Of a DNA stretch of 64,000 nt, positions 24,930 through 37,182 are shown in pieces. Each line of letters begins with the position of its first letter. The first letter of the stretch is position 1. The stretch lies in the NCBI GenBank assembly GCA_013265495.1, contig MU058000.1:1550001-1614000 (forward strand), given 5' to 3'. Below the pieces are notes generated by a model that ran no database searches, was not told the DNA's origin, and saw nothing but the letters and a program-made list of their open reading frames with translations. Position numbers and translations under genes: made by a program. Source of the DNA: Vicugna vicugna. Lineage: Eukaryota.

Positions 24930-27560
24930 TCCTTATTTAACAAGGTAAAATTTACATTAGGAAAGAGCATAAAGTGCAGTAATTTCAAGTGTTTGGTTCC
25001 ATGAATGTTTAAATACATATACACGTGTTTTACTAGATGCAAGCTCAGGAACATACAGTTATTTCCATCACCTGAAAGGGATTCTGGCTCTCCTTTCCAT
25101 ATCAATATTCTTTAAAGGTATCACTATTCTAGCTTCTATTGCCGTAAGTTTGTTATGCCCCTTCTTGAAATTTATGCACAGTTGACTCTTAAACAACTGG
25201 GGGGTTAGGGGCACTGAATCCCCTGACTTAGCTGAAAATCTACATGTAACGTTTGACTCCCCCAAAACTTAACTTATTACTGATAGCTTACTGTTGACTG
25301 GAATCATTACCGCTAAGATAAACAGTTGATTAACACATATTTTGTATGTTATATGTATTATACACTGTACTCTTATAATATGTAAGCTAGAGGAAAGAAA
25401 ATATTAAGAAAAATCATAAAGAAGGCAAAATACATTTACAGTAGTGTATTTATCGATACTTTAAGTTTACCTTGTCTGTTTACAAGATAAATTATTTTTC
25501 AGTAGTACCTGTATCAAAATTGTCTTATATAATACAAAACAGTGTAATGTTATGTATATTACTAACACAAGACATCAAAAATGAAAAGATAATGTGAGAG
25601 AAAAATTTATATTTATATACAGATATAACAATTCATACATTGATAATGAAGAAGCAGAAATGTGATCGATTTATGGTAGCTTCATGTAATTGCTATGATG
25701 GACTGAGAGTGGCCTAGACAATACACTAATGAATGAAATGGATCATTATAAAATGTCTATGGCATATAGCATGACAGTCATATGTATAATACAATATTGG
25801 AAACATTGTTACATTAAAAAAATTCTACTATGATGATAGGCCGATACAAAATTTCTCCCAGTATCAGAGAGCTACATGGTTAAACTGTGAGTTTTTTTAA
25901 ATTATTGCAAATCTCCAAACCTTTACCCAATATATTTGTTAAGAAAAATCAGCATATAAGTGGACCTATGTGATTCAAACCCTTATTGTTTAAGGGTCAA
26001 CCATACATTAAAATCATGTTATATGGAATCTTGTGTGTCTGGCTTATTTCGTTCAACATAATGCCTGTAAGATCCAGCTATTGCATCTATGTTCTTATAT
26101 GTTACAGTAATTTATTCTTTTTGTTTAACTATTGTATAATAGAAAATTTTTATATGCTTTAATGAATTCTACTATTTATGAATTTTTTTTTACTGTTTCA
26201 TTTTGGGTTAAATAAAGCTTCTGTGAAAATTGATGTGTATGTCTTTCTGTAAGCAAATACATTTGTTTTTCTTGGGTATGTATCTAAGGTTAAAATCGCT
26301 TTAGTAAATATTTCCGGTTTTCCACAGTCGTTTTGCTACCTGACACTGCCACTAGAAATAAAGCCGAGTTCTGTAACTTTGACAACACTTTGTATTGTTG
26401 GTCTTTTTACATTTTAGTCCTTCTGGTGGGTGTGACTAGTTAATGTGTATTTCCCTGATGAGTAATGAAACTGAACTTCTTCTTCCTATAATATTAAGTA
26501 TTTGAATATGTCCTTTTTAAATGGATTTTCAAGTGTTCTTTCCATTTTTATTAGATTTTTATCCTTTTGTTATTGATTGCTTAAATTCAAAATACTTGGG
26601 GATCATCTGGTTACCATTCTTTTTATAAATCGCCAGCTCAGTTTAATTCCTAGTTGGTCAGAACATTTATGCTGTAAATACTTTGATAATATTTGCTATA
26701 TTACCCAGCATATGATGAGTTTAATTAAATGGTTTACATGCACTTGGGAAGAGTGTATAGTCTGTAGTTATTGAGTATTTTAAAAAGCAATCACATTGAA
26801 TTGGTTAATAGTTTTGTTCAAATCTTCTCTACCTGTAGTGATTTGTATCTGCTTTTATCATTTACTAAGGGAGGTTAATTAAAATATACAACTATGGTTG
26901 TGGATTTGTCTACTTCTCCTTTTCTGTCAAATTATATTTTTTTGTATTTTGGGAATTACTATTGGTATGAATTTATGAGTTTTTAATCTTCCTGTTGAAT
27001 TTGTTATTTTCCTAAAATGAGATGTCTCTCTTGGAGTCTGATATTAATAAAGCTGCAACAGCTTTCTTTTGATTAGTATGTTTCTATTGTTTAACTTTCT
27101 ACCATGTCTTTGTGTTTATATAGAATCTTTTATAAAAAGTACAGTGGTAGATTTGATTCTTTTCTTTACCAATCTGACACTGTTTTCTTTTAGACTTTTT
27201 AGTCTATTTTTATTTAATATAATGACAGATACTTGGTTTTAAGTCTACTATCATGCCATTTGTTTTCCTTTGTCTCATCTTGTCCTGATTTCTTTCATCC
27301 TTTTCTGCCTTTGAAAAAAATATCAACTATTTATATGGTCTATTTTATATCTTTTTAAATTATACCATACCTTTTTAAGTACCTTCTCGGCTACCTTGGA
27401 TACTATGATATGCATCCTGAATGTATTGCATTCTACCTTAAATTAGTGATTTACTATTCCTAGTATAATAAAATAATTTCTATTTACTAAACTTCTGCCC
27501 TTTGTGTTACTATTATTATATATTTTTCTCTATTTATAACCCTCACAAGACGTAGTTATT
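24930..27560 (-). mobile_element. Old L1M (L1ME-like) remnant interrupted by a Tigger2 element
   Basis: Antisense L1 3' UTR (tttccatcacctgaaa..., tgtgtctggcttatttcgttcaacataat) continuous across the Tigger2, then ORF2 5' region (gtctgatattaataaagctgcaacagctttctttt). Confidence 0.7.
25179..26003 (-). mobile_element. Tigger2-family internally deleted DNA transposon (~825 bp)
   Basis: TIRs cagttgactcttaaacaac / ttgtttaagggtcaacca followed by TA; ggggttaggggc...tttgactcccccaaaacttaac matches the Tigger2 end. Confidence 0.88.
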
Positions 27561-27578
27561 GTTTCTTTTTAAATATTC

Positions 27579-27790
27579 TGTGGTAAATTTTTGTAGTATG
27601 TCAACTTAGCAAAGTTGGATCTACATTTCCTAAGATTCTACTTCCTACAGAGCTTGGCCACAAGAACATTTTGTGTAATACTAAAGACAAACATGAAGCA
27701 GCAGCCATTACTAGGTTGGCTAGGGAACCCAGATGTTGCTGGAGTGTGCACATTTTGTTGCTGGCCTCTTGGGTCATGTCATTGGCATTC
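27579..27790 (+). mobile_element. MLT2 (MLT2E-like) ERVL LTR 5' fragment
   Basis: tgtgg...tgtcaacttagcaaagttggatctacatttcc...ttggccacaaga...tgaagcagcagccatta. Confidence 0.65.
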
Positions 27791-27985
27791 AGAGTTGAAA
27801 TACAAAAGTATTTACCTTAGGAGTTTATCATTAGTAACTGATTCACAATATAAAAGTGACTTAAAGAATTAATTTTTCACACATGTTGAAACACAATTCA
27901 GCAAATAAGCAATCACCTACAGGCTATATGTGTTCCCAATGTTTTCAGGTCAGTGATAAACATTTCTAAAGAATGTGTGAGCTTA

Positions 27986-28646
27986 CCATATGATCCAGCA
28001 GCCCCACTCCTGAGCATATATCTGGGAGGGAACTCTAATTCAAAAAGATACATGCACCCCAATATTCATATTGGCACTATTTACAGTAGCCAAGACATGG
28101 AAGCAACCTAAATGCCCATTGACAGATGACTGGATAAAGAAATTGTGGTATATCTATACAATGGAATACTACTCAGTCATAAAAAAGAATAAAATCATTC
28201 CATTTGCAGCAACATGGATGGACCTAGAGTTCATCATTCTAAGTGAAGTAAGCCAGAAAGAAAAAGAAAAATCCTATATTATATCACTCATGTGTGGAAT
28301 CTAAAAAAAAAAGAGAAAAAAGAAGACACTAAAGAATTCATCTACAATACAGAATCAGACTCACAGACATAGTAAACAATCTTATAGTTACCATGGAAAA
28401 GAGGGTGGGAAGGGATAAATTTGGGAGTTTGAGATTTGCAAATGTCAGCCACTATATATAAAAATAGCCTAAAAAACCCCAAATTTTTTCTGTATAGCAC
28501 GTGGAACTATATTCAACAACTTGTAACAACCTTTAATGAAAAAGAATATGAAAACAAATATATGTATGTATATACGTGACTAGGACATTGTGTTGTACAC
28601 CAGAAATGGACACAAAACTGACTATACTTCAATTAAAAAAATAGCC
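27986..28646 (+). mobile_element. 5'-truncated young L1 (ORF2p C-terminus, 3' UTR, poly(A))
   Basis: ORF 28071-28304 reads ALFTVAKTWKQPKCP...SEVSQKEKEK...CGI; degenerate TSD ctaaagaatgtgtgagctta (27966-27985) / ctaaaaaatgtatgaactta (28647-28666). Confidence 0.92.
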
Positions 28647-29229
28647 CTAAAAAATGTATGAACTTATGTGTACACAAATGCAGGTAAAATTTGAATCTGG
28701 ACACTCTATGGACTATATAGTAACTGATTTAGAAAAGTAAGATAATATTTTCCATTACTGAAAACATCATTTCTGTTTGATGTATGTCACCATGTAATTA
28801 TGGGCTCTGTTGTCTATATTGTATGACATTCCAGATCTGTAGTCACGTGAAAGTTTCTATTCAGAAGAAATAATATGAGAATCTATTACAACAAATCGAA
28901 TATCTATTTTAGTAGAAAAATTATCATCTCTTCACTTTTATAATCATCAGATATACATTACTTGTTTATTGTTTAATTTCGTCCACTAGAATGTAGGCTT
29001 CCTGAGAATCTAATTACTGCTAGATACTCAGTGCTTAGAATAATGCCTCATGCATATTAATGTGTTTGATAGCCTCTTAAATTTGAAGGTGTTTAGTAGA
29101 CTTTACTAATAAAAGTTATTCTGGGACCTAAGCTGATTGTGCAACTACCATTTCAAATTTGACAGTTGCTGTAGTAAGTGAAAATAAGAGTTCTGTAAGG
29201 GTCTTAATTGGCAATTAAGTGTCAGAACT

Positions 29230-29340
29230 AGTTGAATGGCTCCACTCAACCACAAGAAAGCCAGAGATAACAATTCTATAATTGTCCCAGAAAGGGAGCC
29301 AACTGGCAATAACTGGAAAACAGCACTAATGACACCCCTA
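29230..29340 (-). mobile_element. MLT1 (K/L-like) MaLR LTR end fragment
   Basis: aaccacaagaaagccagaga...tgtcccagaaagg...aacagcactaatgac. Confidence 0.45.
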
Positions 29341-29934
29341 CTGCATATACTCTTTGTGGCCTTAATATTTAATTTTATATCATACTAATTTTTTATTGTA
29401 TTAAATATTTTCTATTACTGTTTTCAAATGGGAGCATATCTTATATCTTCCATGGTGTATTTAACCAATCCCATCTTTCTTGTGTTTCAAAATTTTGGCA
29501 TTATAAGTTACCACATTGAAATAAATGTCTGTGTATAACTCTCTACCCATGTTTAACATTTATCACTAATAACAAGTTAATTAGGAATTTCCCTGTGAAA
29601 GAAACATTAGGTCATTTTTTGATGATGGTTTTGAGTTCTGTTATATTATCTACATATTTCCACCTTTAACTCGGTTGATTCACTTCTGCCATAGCACTGT
29701 CCAGAAAGGTGGTAGATTAGTTTTGAATTTATCTATGACTCTTTGGAAGTGAATTCTATAAATTTGATTTTTAAAAAGTAACTGGCGTTTTAAACTCCAA
29801 GTATCATTAAAGATACTGCTAATCTGTAACTTTATCTTTTGAAAACGTGTTATTTATCTCCTTAAATGGAATATATTGGGCATATATTTATATCCCCTTA
29901 ACTGCATGGATTACCATGAAAATTAACAATCTTT

Positions 29935-30175
29935 CATGTGGTGTGGTTAAAAAAAACACCTTCTTTGGAGGTAGCTAGTACTGTGAGAACACAGTATATC
30001 TAGTGGCCATATAATCTTGGATAAAATTAGCCTTTTGGGAATCTCAAGTTTTTATTTTCTGTAAAATGGAGACAATAATATCTGCCACAAAGAGCTGATG
30101 TGTAGATTGGAAATAAAATCTATAAAATCCTTAAAATCTTGGCAGACTTGTTGTAGATGATAGTAAATAACATCT
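29935..30175 (+). mobile_element. MIR SINE
   Basis: tggtgtggttaa...ctttggag...atctcaagtttttattttctgtaaaatggagacaataatatctgcc. Confidence 0.65.
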
Positions 30176-30358
30176 ATCATGAGCGAGATGATGCTGCACT
30201 TGAAAACTTCGAGGCACAGGGTGTTTTTCACTGCAGTGAGTGTTTCTGTTTTTTGTGACTTTAGATGGCACAGTAGCGTGTGTATGTGTAAGTATATATG
30301 TTTGTATCCATACCTCTCCATCTCTCTCTTCTCTGCCTCCCCTCCCCCCACCTTTCTC

Positions 30359-30445
<87 letters not shown>
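30359..30445. repeat. (AGAT)9 GAT (AGAT)12 tetranucleotide microsatellite
   Basis: Read directly; explains the IYLS-repeat ORF 30052-30489. Confidence 0.97.
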
Positions 30446-30448
<3 letters not shown>

Positions 30449-31297
30449 GATAGGTAGAGATTCTCACACTTTTTCCCCCTCCTCCACATTTGCTCTTGGT
30501 AGTAATCTCTTCTGGATGCCAGTGCACCACTGAGGCAGTCTCTTCTGGTCTAATGTATTAAATTTAATCAACTGGAAGTTCAAAAACCAGAGCCCCCTTA
30601 GCAGTATCATGTTCAGAAAGAGAATAGAAAGACCTCAGATGATGACATGAGGATAAGCCCTCTGAGCTGTGGGGCTCTGGTGGTTTTGTTTTCCTGCACT
30701 CACTTTAGTTGTCAGGGATCATTGTCATCTTTCTTATGCTACCGATGGAATTTTGAATAAGTAAGGTTGTGAGATAGCTAGATTCCAAATAAGTAATACT
30801 GAGCTGTAAATGTCATGCATCTAAGAATGTGTTCACTTTATTTGGGTATATATTTTTCAGCTCACGGAACACCAGGGTTCTACTAAAAGTCATTTATCTC
30901 TAACTTGTGTCAGCCCTTTAGACCAAAATGAATAAATTAAGTATAAGAATTGATGAATCAGGCGTCTAAAGATTTAGAAGTGTTTCTGGAACGATCTAAC
31001 TCTTCACTTACTGACTTATTGCCTCCTTAAAGTTTGAAGCCAGATAGTGAGCATTTTCAGTTAAAATGAACATTAAACTCAGTTTTTCCCCCAATCTTAA
31101 ATTAAGACTGAAGTTAAACTCAATAGAAAGCAATGGAACAATAAGAGCAGTGGAAGGAGAGAAAATGACTGAGAATTCTCCTCCTCTGCTTTAGAGTTTG
31201 CAGCTTGAGGCCCTTCTTTAGAGCAGTGTTTAGCCAGCCCTTACCTGCATGACCAGGACAGGAAGCATAAACTATGAATGTCCCGGGACTGAGGGAA

Positions 31298-31459
31298 CAG
31301 GGTCAGCTCTGCAGCATGTGGGATCCTGTGAAAGAGGAAAACGATGGGCCCTTTGCTCAAAATGACTAAAGATTTCAAAGAGTGACCGTAGAGCATGAAA
31401 TTAAGCGTGGCTGTCCCTAGAGCCGGCCTGCAAGGAAGCACTTCCCTAGAGCGGCCCTG
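31298..31459 (-). mobile_element. MER45A-like hAT-Tip100 MITE
   Basis: caggg...ccctg termini; gggccctttgctcaaaa...gatttcaaag...gaccgtagagcatgaaa matches antisense MER45A. Confidence 0.7.
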
Positions 31460-31559
31460 GGAGGAGGGTGACTTTACACCAGCATATGTGGCTGGCTCTT
31501 TCTTCTCTTAGCTGCTTTCTCCCAAGTTATATCTTGTGCAAAGCAAAGGGGAGGAGACT

Positions 31560-31712
31560 ACCCTTTACTGACCTTTAACGAAGTGTCAGAAGCTTTCTTT
31601 CGTTTACTTAATTCTCACAGCAACTCTGCTGGTTAGGCGTTGTCACCACACTTTACATACATGAAGTAGAGTCAGAATATTTGTATAATTTGTAAAGATC
31701 CTCAGACTTTGT
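31560..31712 (-). mobile_element. MIR SINE (degenerate)
   Basis: ttaattctcacagcaactctg...taggcgttgtcaccacactttacatacatgaa. Confidence 0.5.
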
Positions 31713-31785
31713 CCCTCTGGGGCTCTGGTTTGTTCTACCACACCTCCTTTCCCTATTCCCACATCTGCTGAGCTTCTCTTTCATT

Positions 31786-31860
31786 TATACATATATATAT
31801 ACACATAAATGTATATACATATATACACATGCATATACATGCATATATATATATATATAT
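31786..31860. repeat. TA/CA low-complexity tract
   Basis: tatacatatatatatacac...atatatatatatatatat. Confidence 0.85.
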
Positions 31861-32671
31861 CTTAGTACATGTGTTCAACTGTTGGGGTGCAGGATGAGGT
31901 TTGAATAACACTGTGAAGTTCTTTCCAACTCTGGCCTTAGTTGATACTCAAAATACAGTATTAGCAACAAGTTAGCTCAGGATCTGTGTTGCTCTGATGC
32001 TTTTCTGAAACTAGGCCACATATCTAATTAATTAGCAATGATCTACTTTGTGATTCACACCTGAAGCCCATTAGCTGCCCAGGCCGTGAGTCTATCAAAA
32101 TGAAGTAGCATCAACTCAGGGTTTTTGTTGTTTTTTTTTTTTAAAGGCCCCTGGGATTTCTCATCTCATGTTTCTAAAAGCAACCATTACTAAGGGAAAA
32201 AAAAATTTATCAAATACTCTTAAAGCTACCTCAATAAATAAAGAAAACAATATTCACTTTTGAAATTATCTAGTAGGCTTCATGAAGCAAAGTCATTTTC
32301 TCTCTGGATGGATGTGGTTTATGTAATTCTAAAGAATGCCCCCTGCACACTCCACTTCTGAAAGGACCAAGTGAAACAAACCTCATTATTATGAAAAATT
32401 TAAGTGAAAATTAAAATAATTGTAAATAGAGGAGGAATTGAAACTATTTGATCATTTTCTACTTCTGGCCCAGAAATATGCTGGAACCAATAAATTGCTT
32501 AAATGATCTTAAAAAGTTGAAGGGCATATACTAAATTACTTGGTAAGAGAAAAAAAAATCCTGGAATGGAGAATGTAAATCTCTACAAAACAAAATCAAA
32601 AATTCACTTTCACAAAAGTTTTGTACCCCAACAAGCAGTCTTTTTAATTATCTCAGCTTTTTAACACCAAA

Positions 32672-35166
32672 CAGGCATACCTTGTTTAATTATGGATTGC
32701 TTTATTGCAGATTTTACAAATTGAGAGTTTGTGAGAACCCTGTGTGGGGCACGGCTATTAGTGCCATTTTATAGGCAGTGTTTGTTCACTTCATGTCTCT
32801 CTGTCACGTTTTGGTAATGCTCACAATATGTCAAACTTTTTCATTATGTTATAGTGTGATCAGTGATCTGATGTTACTACCGTGACTATTTTGGGTCGCC
32901 ACATCGTGCACCCATATAACATGGCAGACTTAATAAATGTTGTGATTGCTCTCCTGACCGGCTCTCCCCTCATCTCTCTCCCTCTCCTCGGGCCTCCCTA
33001 TTCCCTGAGACACAACAGAATTGAAATTAAGCCAATTAATAATCCTGCAATGGCCCTTAAGTGTTCAAGTGAAAGGAAGAGTCTCATATCTCTTACTTGA
33101 AATCAAAAGCTTGGAACGATTAAGCTTAGTGAGGAAGGCAGGTTAAAAGACATGGTAGGCCAAGAGCTAGGCTTCTCATGCCAAACAGCCAAGTATGAGT
33201 GCAAAGGAGAAGTTCTTAAAGAAAATCAGAAGTGCTACTCCATTGAACACACAAATGATAAGAAAATGAAAGGGTCTCATTGGTCATATGGAGAGAGTTT
33301 TAGTGGTCTTGAAAAGAAGATCAAAACAGCCACAGTATTCTCTTCAGCCAAAGCCTAATCCAGAGGAAGGCCCTGACTCTCTTCATTGCTATGAAGGCTG
33401 AGAGAGGTGAGAAAGCATAGAAGTCTGAAGGGAGCAGAGGTTGGTTCATAAAGTTTAAGGAAAGAAGCAGTCACCATGTTAAAAAAAGTGCAAGATAAAG
33501 CAGCAAGTGCTGATATAGAAGCCGTAGCAGGTTATCCGAAAGATCTAGCTAATTAATGAAGGTGGCCACACCAAACAACAGATCTGCAATGTCGATAAAG
33601 CAGCCTTCTAGTGGAAGAAGATGCTACCTAGGACTTTCATACCTGGAGAGGAGAAGTCAATACCTGGCTTCAAAACTCAAAAGGACAGGCTGACTCTCTT
33701 GATAAGAACTAATGCAGTTGGTGACATTAAGTTGAAGCCAGTGCTCATTTACTGTTTCTAAAAATCCTAGGGCCCTTAAGAACTATGCTCAGTCTACTCT
33801 GCCTGTTCTGTATAGATGGAAAGACAAAGCCTGGGTGACAGCACAGCTACTTATAAATGTGGTTGATGGAATATTTTAAGCCCAGTGTTGAGACCTACTA
33901 CTCAGGGGGGGAAAAAAGATTTCTTCCAAAATATTACTGCTCATTGACAATGTGCCTGGTCACCCAAGAGCTCTGATGAAGATTAGTGTTTTCATGCCTG
34001 CTAACACAACGTCCATTCTATGGCCTATGGATCAAGGAGAAATTTTGACTTTCAAGTCTTATTATTTAAGAAATACATTTTGTAAGACTGTAGCTGCCAT
34101 AGATTGTGATTTCTCTGATAGATAATGAAAACCCTAGAATGCCATTCTAGATGCCATTAAGAACATTTGTGATTCATATAAAGAAGTCAAAATAATCAAC
34201 AGTAAGAGGGGTTTGGTTGATTCCAAACATCATGGATGACTTTGGAGGAGTTCAGGAGTTCAGTAGAGGAAGTCACTGCAGATGTGGTAGAAATAGCAAG
34301 AGAACTAGAATTAGAAGTGGAGCCTGAGGATGTGACTGAATTGTTCCAATCTCATGATAAAACTTGAATTTTGAATGAGTTACTTTTTATGGATGAGCAA
34401 AGAAAATGTTCCCTTGAGATGGACTGTACTAGTGAAAATGCTGTGAAGATTGTTGAAATGAGAACAAAGGATTTAGAATCTTACATAAACTTAGTTGATA
34501 AAGTAGTGGCAGAGTTTGAGACGATTGACTCCAATTTTGAAAGTTTTATTGGGGCCAAAATACTATTTAACAGCATTGCATGCTACAGAGAAATCATTTG
34601 TGAGATGATTCACAAGATTGACAAGAGTCAATCAATGTGGGAAACTTCATTGTTGTCTTATTTTAAGAAATTGTCAGCTCACGGAGAAAAAAATGTGACA
34701 ATGAATATATATATGTTCATATATAACTGAAAAATTGTGCTCTACACTGAAATTTGACACAACATTGTAAAATGATTATAACTCAATAAAAAATGTTTAA
34801 AAAAAAGAAAAGAAATTGTCACAGTCACCCCAAACTTCAGCAACCACCACCCCAACCAGCAACCACCATCCTGATGAGCAGCCATCCACATTGAGGCAAG
34901 ACCCTCCACCAGCAAAAATATTACAAATCACTGATGGCTCAGATGATGGCTAGCATTTTTTTAACAATGAAGTATTTTTATAATTAAGGTATGCACATTG
35001 TTTTTTAGACATAATGCCATTGAACATTTAAAATACCACAATATAGTATAAAAATAACTTTTTACACACTGGGAAAACAAAAGGTCCATGCGACTCACTT
35101 TATTGCAATATTCACCTTACTGAGGTGGTCTGGAACCAAACTTGCAAAATCTCTGAGGTATGCCTG
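32672..35166 (+). mobile_element. Near full-length Tigger1 (TcMar-pogo) DNA transposon with decayed transposase
   Basis: TIRs caggcatacct / aggtatgcctg followed by TA; colinear with the recalled Tigger1 consensus (aagtgttcaagtgaaaggaagagtc, ttctagtggaagaagatgc, gctcattgacaatgtgcctggtcaccca, atggatcaagga); stops and frameshifts throughout. Confidence 0.95.
34677..34809 (+). mobile_element. 133-bp young L1 3' tail inserted in Tigger1
   Basis: Perfect 12-bp TSD aagaaattgtca (34665-34676 / 34810-34821) at a TTTT/AA endonuclease site; aataaa plus A tail. Confidence 0.93.
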
Positions 35167-35168
35167 TA

Positions 35169-35375
35169 CATTTGGCCCTTGAACAACAGGAGCTTCAACA
35201 GCATGGGTTCTACAGAGGCTTTTTTCAATAAGTATGTACTGTAGTACTGCATGATTCTTGGTTGGTTGAATCCATAGATGTGGAACCATGGATATAGATG
35301 GCTGACTGTTGTACACTTATATGTGGATTTTTCAACTGCACAGGGATAATCCCCATGTTGTTCAGAGGTCAACTG
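35169..35375 (+). mobile_element. ~207-bp Tigger2-family MITE with internal MER2/Tigger3-like terminal motif
   Basis: TIRs catttggcccttgaacaaca / tgttgttcagaggtcaactg; internal ggttggttgaatccatagatgtggaaccatggata...gactg. Confidence 0.82.
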
Positions 35376-35929
35376 CATTTTGAAAGAGTATTTGATTGCA
35401 AAGTGGTTATATAGTTACACTTAAACCTAAGTTTTTCTTGCTCAGGAAACCATGAATTAAGATTAACTACAATAAGTTTTGTCATTGGGTGTTTTTATTT
35501 GGTAGAAATAATCTGCTTTATTTATTCATCTTTGATAAAAATTATAAAGGCCTTTTAAGTCCAGTTTAATTTTCTTTATGCCTTTGGAGAAATCTTCTCA
35601 GTAACTTCTTGATGGCAAATTCTTTCAGAACTTGTGGAAAAAAGAATAGGAACCTGGGATAAACTTTCAGAAAAAAATACACTAGGAGATACTCACCCTG
35701 CTTTTCATGAAAGAGTGCCTGTCTCTGAATGAGGCAAGTGATAAAGCTAAGAAGAAAGTTCGTTCTTCTAGATACGAATGGGTTGTTTAGAAAATTGGTA
35801 TTGTCTTTCTGTTTGTTTTTAACTCTTGTCAACTTGATCTTTGTTTCAATTGTGAAGGAAGTAGAGGCAGAGATAATAACAACCTAAATACCAACTTATG
35901 AAGAGATTACTTATGAATATGCCCTTACA

Positions 35930-36238
35930 TTCCTTCCCTTACTCCACAAATATTTATTGAGAACCTAATTTTACTAAGCTTTGGGATAGGAAATGGGCAA
36001 ACAGAAATGAACAAGGCAGAGAAAGTTTCCACTTCCCTGAATCTTATGTTTCAATAGAATGAAACAGAAAGTAAATAATTAAGTGTATAAGGTGATTTTA
36101 TATAATGATACTTTCCATGAAGATAAACAGAGTGATGTGCTGGGGGGACTCTGAATGTGTGTGTGTGTGTGTGTGTGTGAAAGCCTCTTTCAGAAGGTGA
36201 TAATTGAGCTAAGACTTGAAAGATGAGAAAGGTGAATC

Positions 36239-36270
<32 letters not shown>

Positions 36271-36345
36271 CCTCTTTCAGAAGGTGATAATTGAGCTAAG
36301 ACTTGAAAGATGAGAATGAGCTATGTACACAGATAGCTGAGGAAA
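35930..36345 (-). mobile_element. L2 LINE 3' end
   Basis: acaaatatttattgagaaccta...gaaatgaacaaggcaga...gaaagcctctttcagaaggtgataattgagctaagacttgaaagatgag. Confidence 0.72.
36152..36316. repeat. Tandem duplication of a (TG)n + 50-bp unit
   Basis: 36180-36229 is identical to 36267-36316; preceded by (TG)12 and (TG)14 respectively. Confidence 0.95.
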
Positions 36346-36646
36346 CCACCTGATTTCTTTGCTTTCTTGGCTAAGTAATTGCCTTGCACCTAAAGCCCTT
36401 TAGAATCTCTACATTTCCTAAAAAATGTATGCTTCCTCAATGTTCTCATGGAACTATTCAAGTTTAAAATAAGCACAGAAATCTAACTTCAGGGAATCTT
36501 TTCCTTAAACCAAGGAAGTGGAGCCACTGCCTCACTGTATGCTGCCCACATGCAAAGGAATTCACATCAGCCACCTTCATCTTAATTTGTAGTGGGAGAC
36601 ACAGGGCATGGGATGGATCACTTTAATCTACTCTCTGCCATGGTTC

Positions 36647-37182
36647 TGTAGGGAAGCAAAATTTGCCATCCCAAAATGTGTCTCTTTGGCATGAGGAAGA
36701 AGCAGGAGACTCGGGAAGTTTTTCTTTTCACCCTTCCTCCTTAACTGCCTAAAAGAATTTAGATGGAGGGCCTGTTCCAGGAGAGAGAGCTATCGCCAGA
36801 GATATCTACAGTATAATGTCAACTAGGTGCGTAGACAGGGAGGAATCCAGCAAAGTCTGTTTGTTAAAATTCCTCTCTGTGCCTCACTGTTTCTACATGG
36901 CCCAGCAAACACTTGTTTACCAACCATTTGTTCTTTTTTCATATTCCTGTAAACTGCCTTCCTTCTCTTTGAAGTCCCAGACACCTGCCCCCGCCCCCGC
37001 CCCCGCCTTAGTCCAGAATGACATGCCTCACTTTACCTGTCTTTGGAATCTCTCACATTCACCTTCCCTGTATGTATGTAGTTAAAATCGATTTTTTTTT
37101 CTGTTAATCTGTCTCGTGTCAGTTCCATTCGTAGATCAGCCAGAACCTTGAAGGGTGAAGAAAAATTTTTTTCTTCCCAATA
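36647..37182 (+). mobile_element. MER34-family ERV1 solo LTR
   Basis: tgtagggaagcaaaatttgccatcccaaaatgtgtctctttggcatgagg start; ctgttaatctgtct...aagggtgaagaaaaattttt end; TSD gttc/cttc (3 of 4 match). Confidence 0.8.

Noticed and set aside
30052..30489. 145-aa ORF
   Set aside because: Open because of the (AGAT)n tract; the remainder overlaps a MIR
32882..34730. ORFs as a domesticated TIGD/CENP-B-like gene
   Set aside because: Fragments of a Tigger1 copy with many stops and frameshifts; the last ORF runs into an L1 insertion
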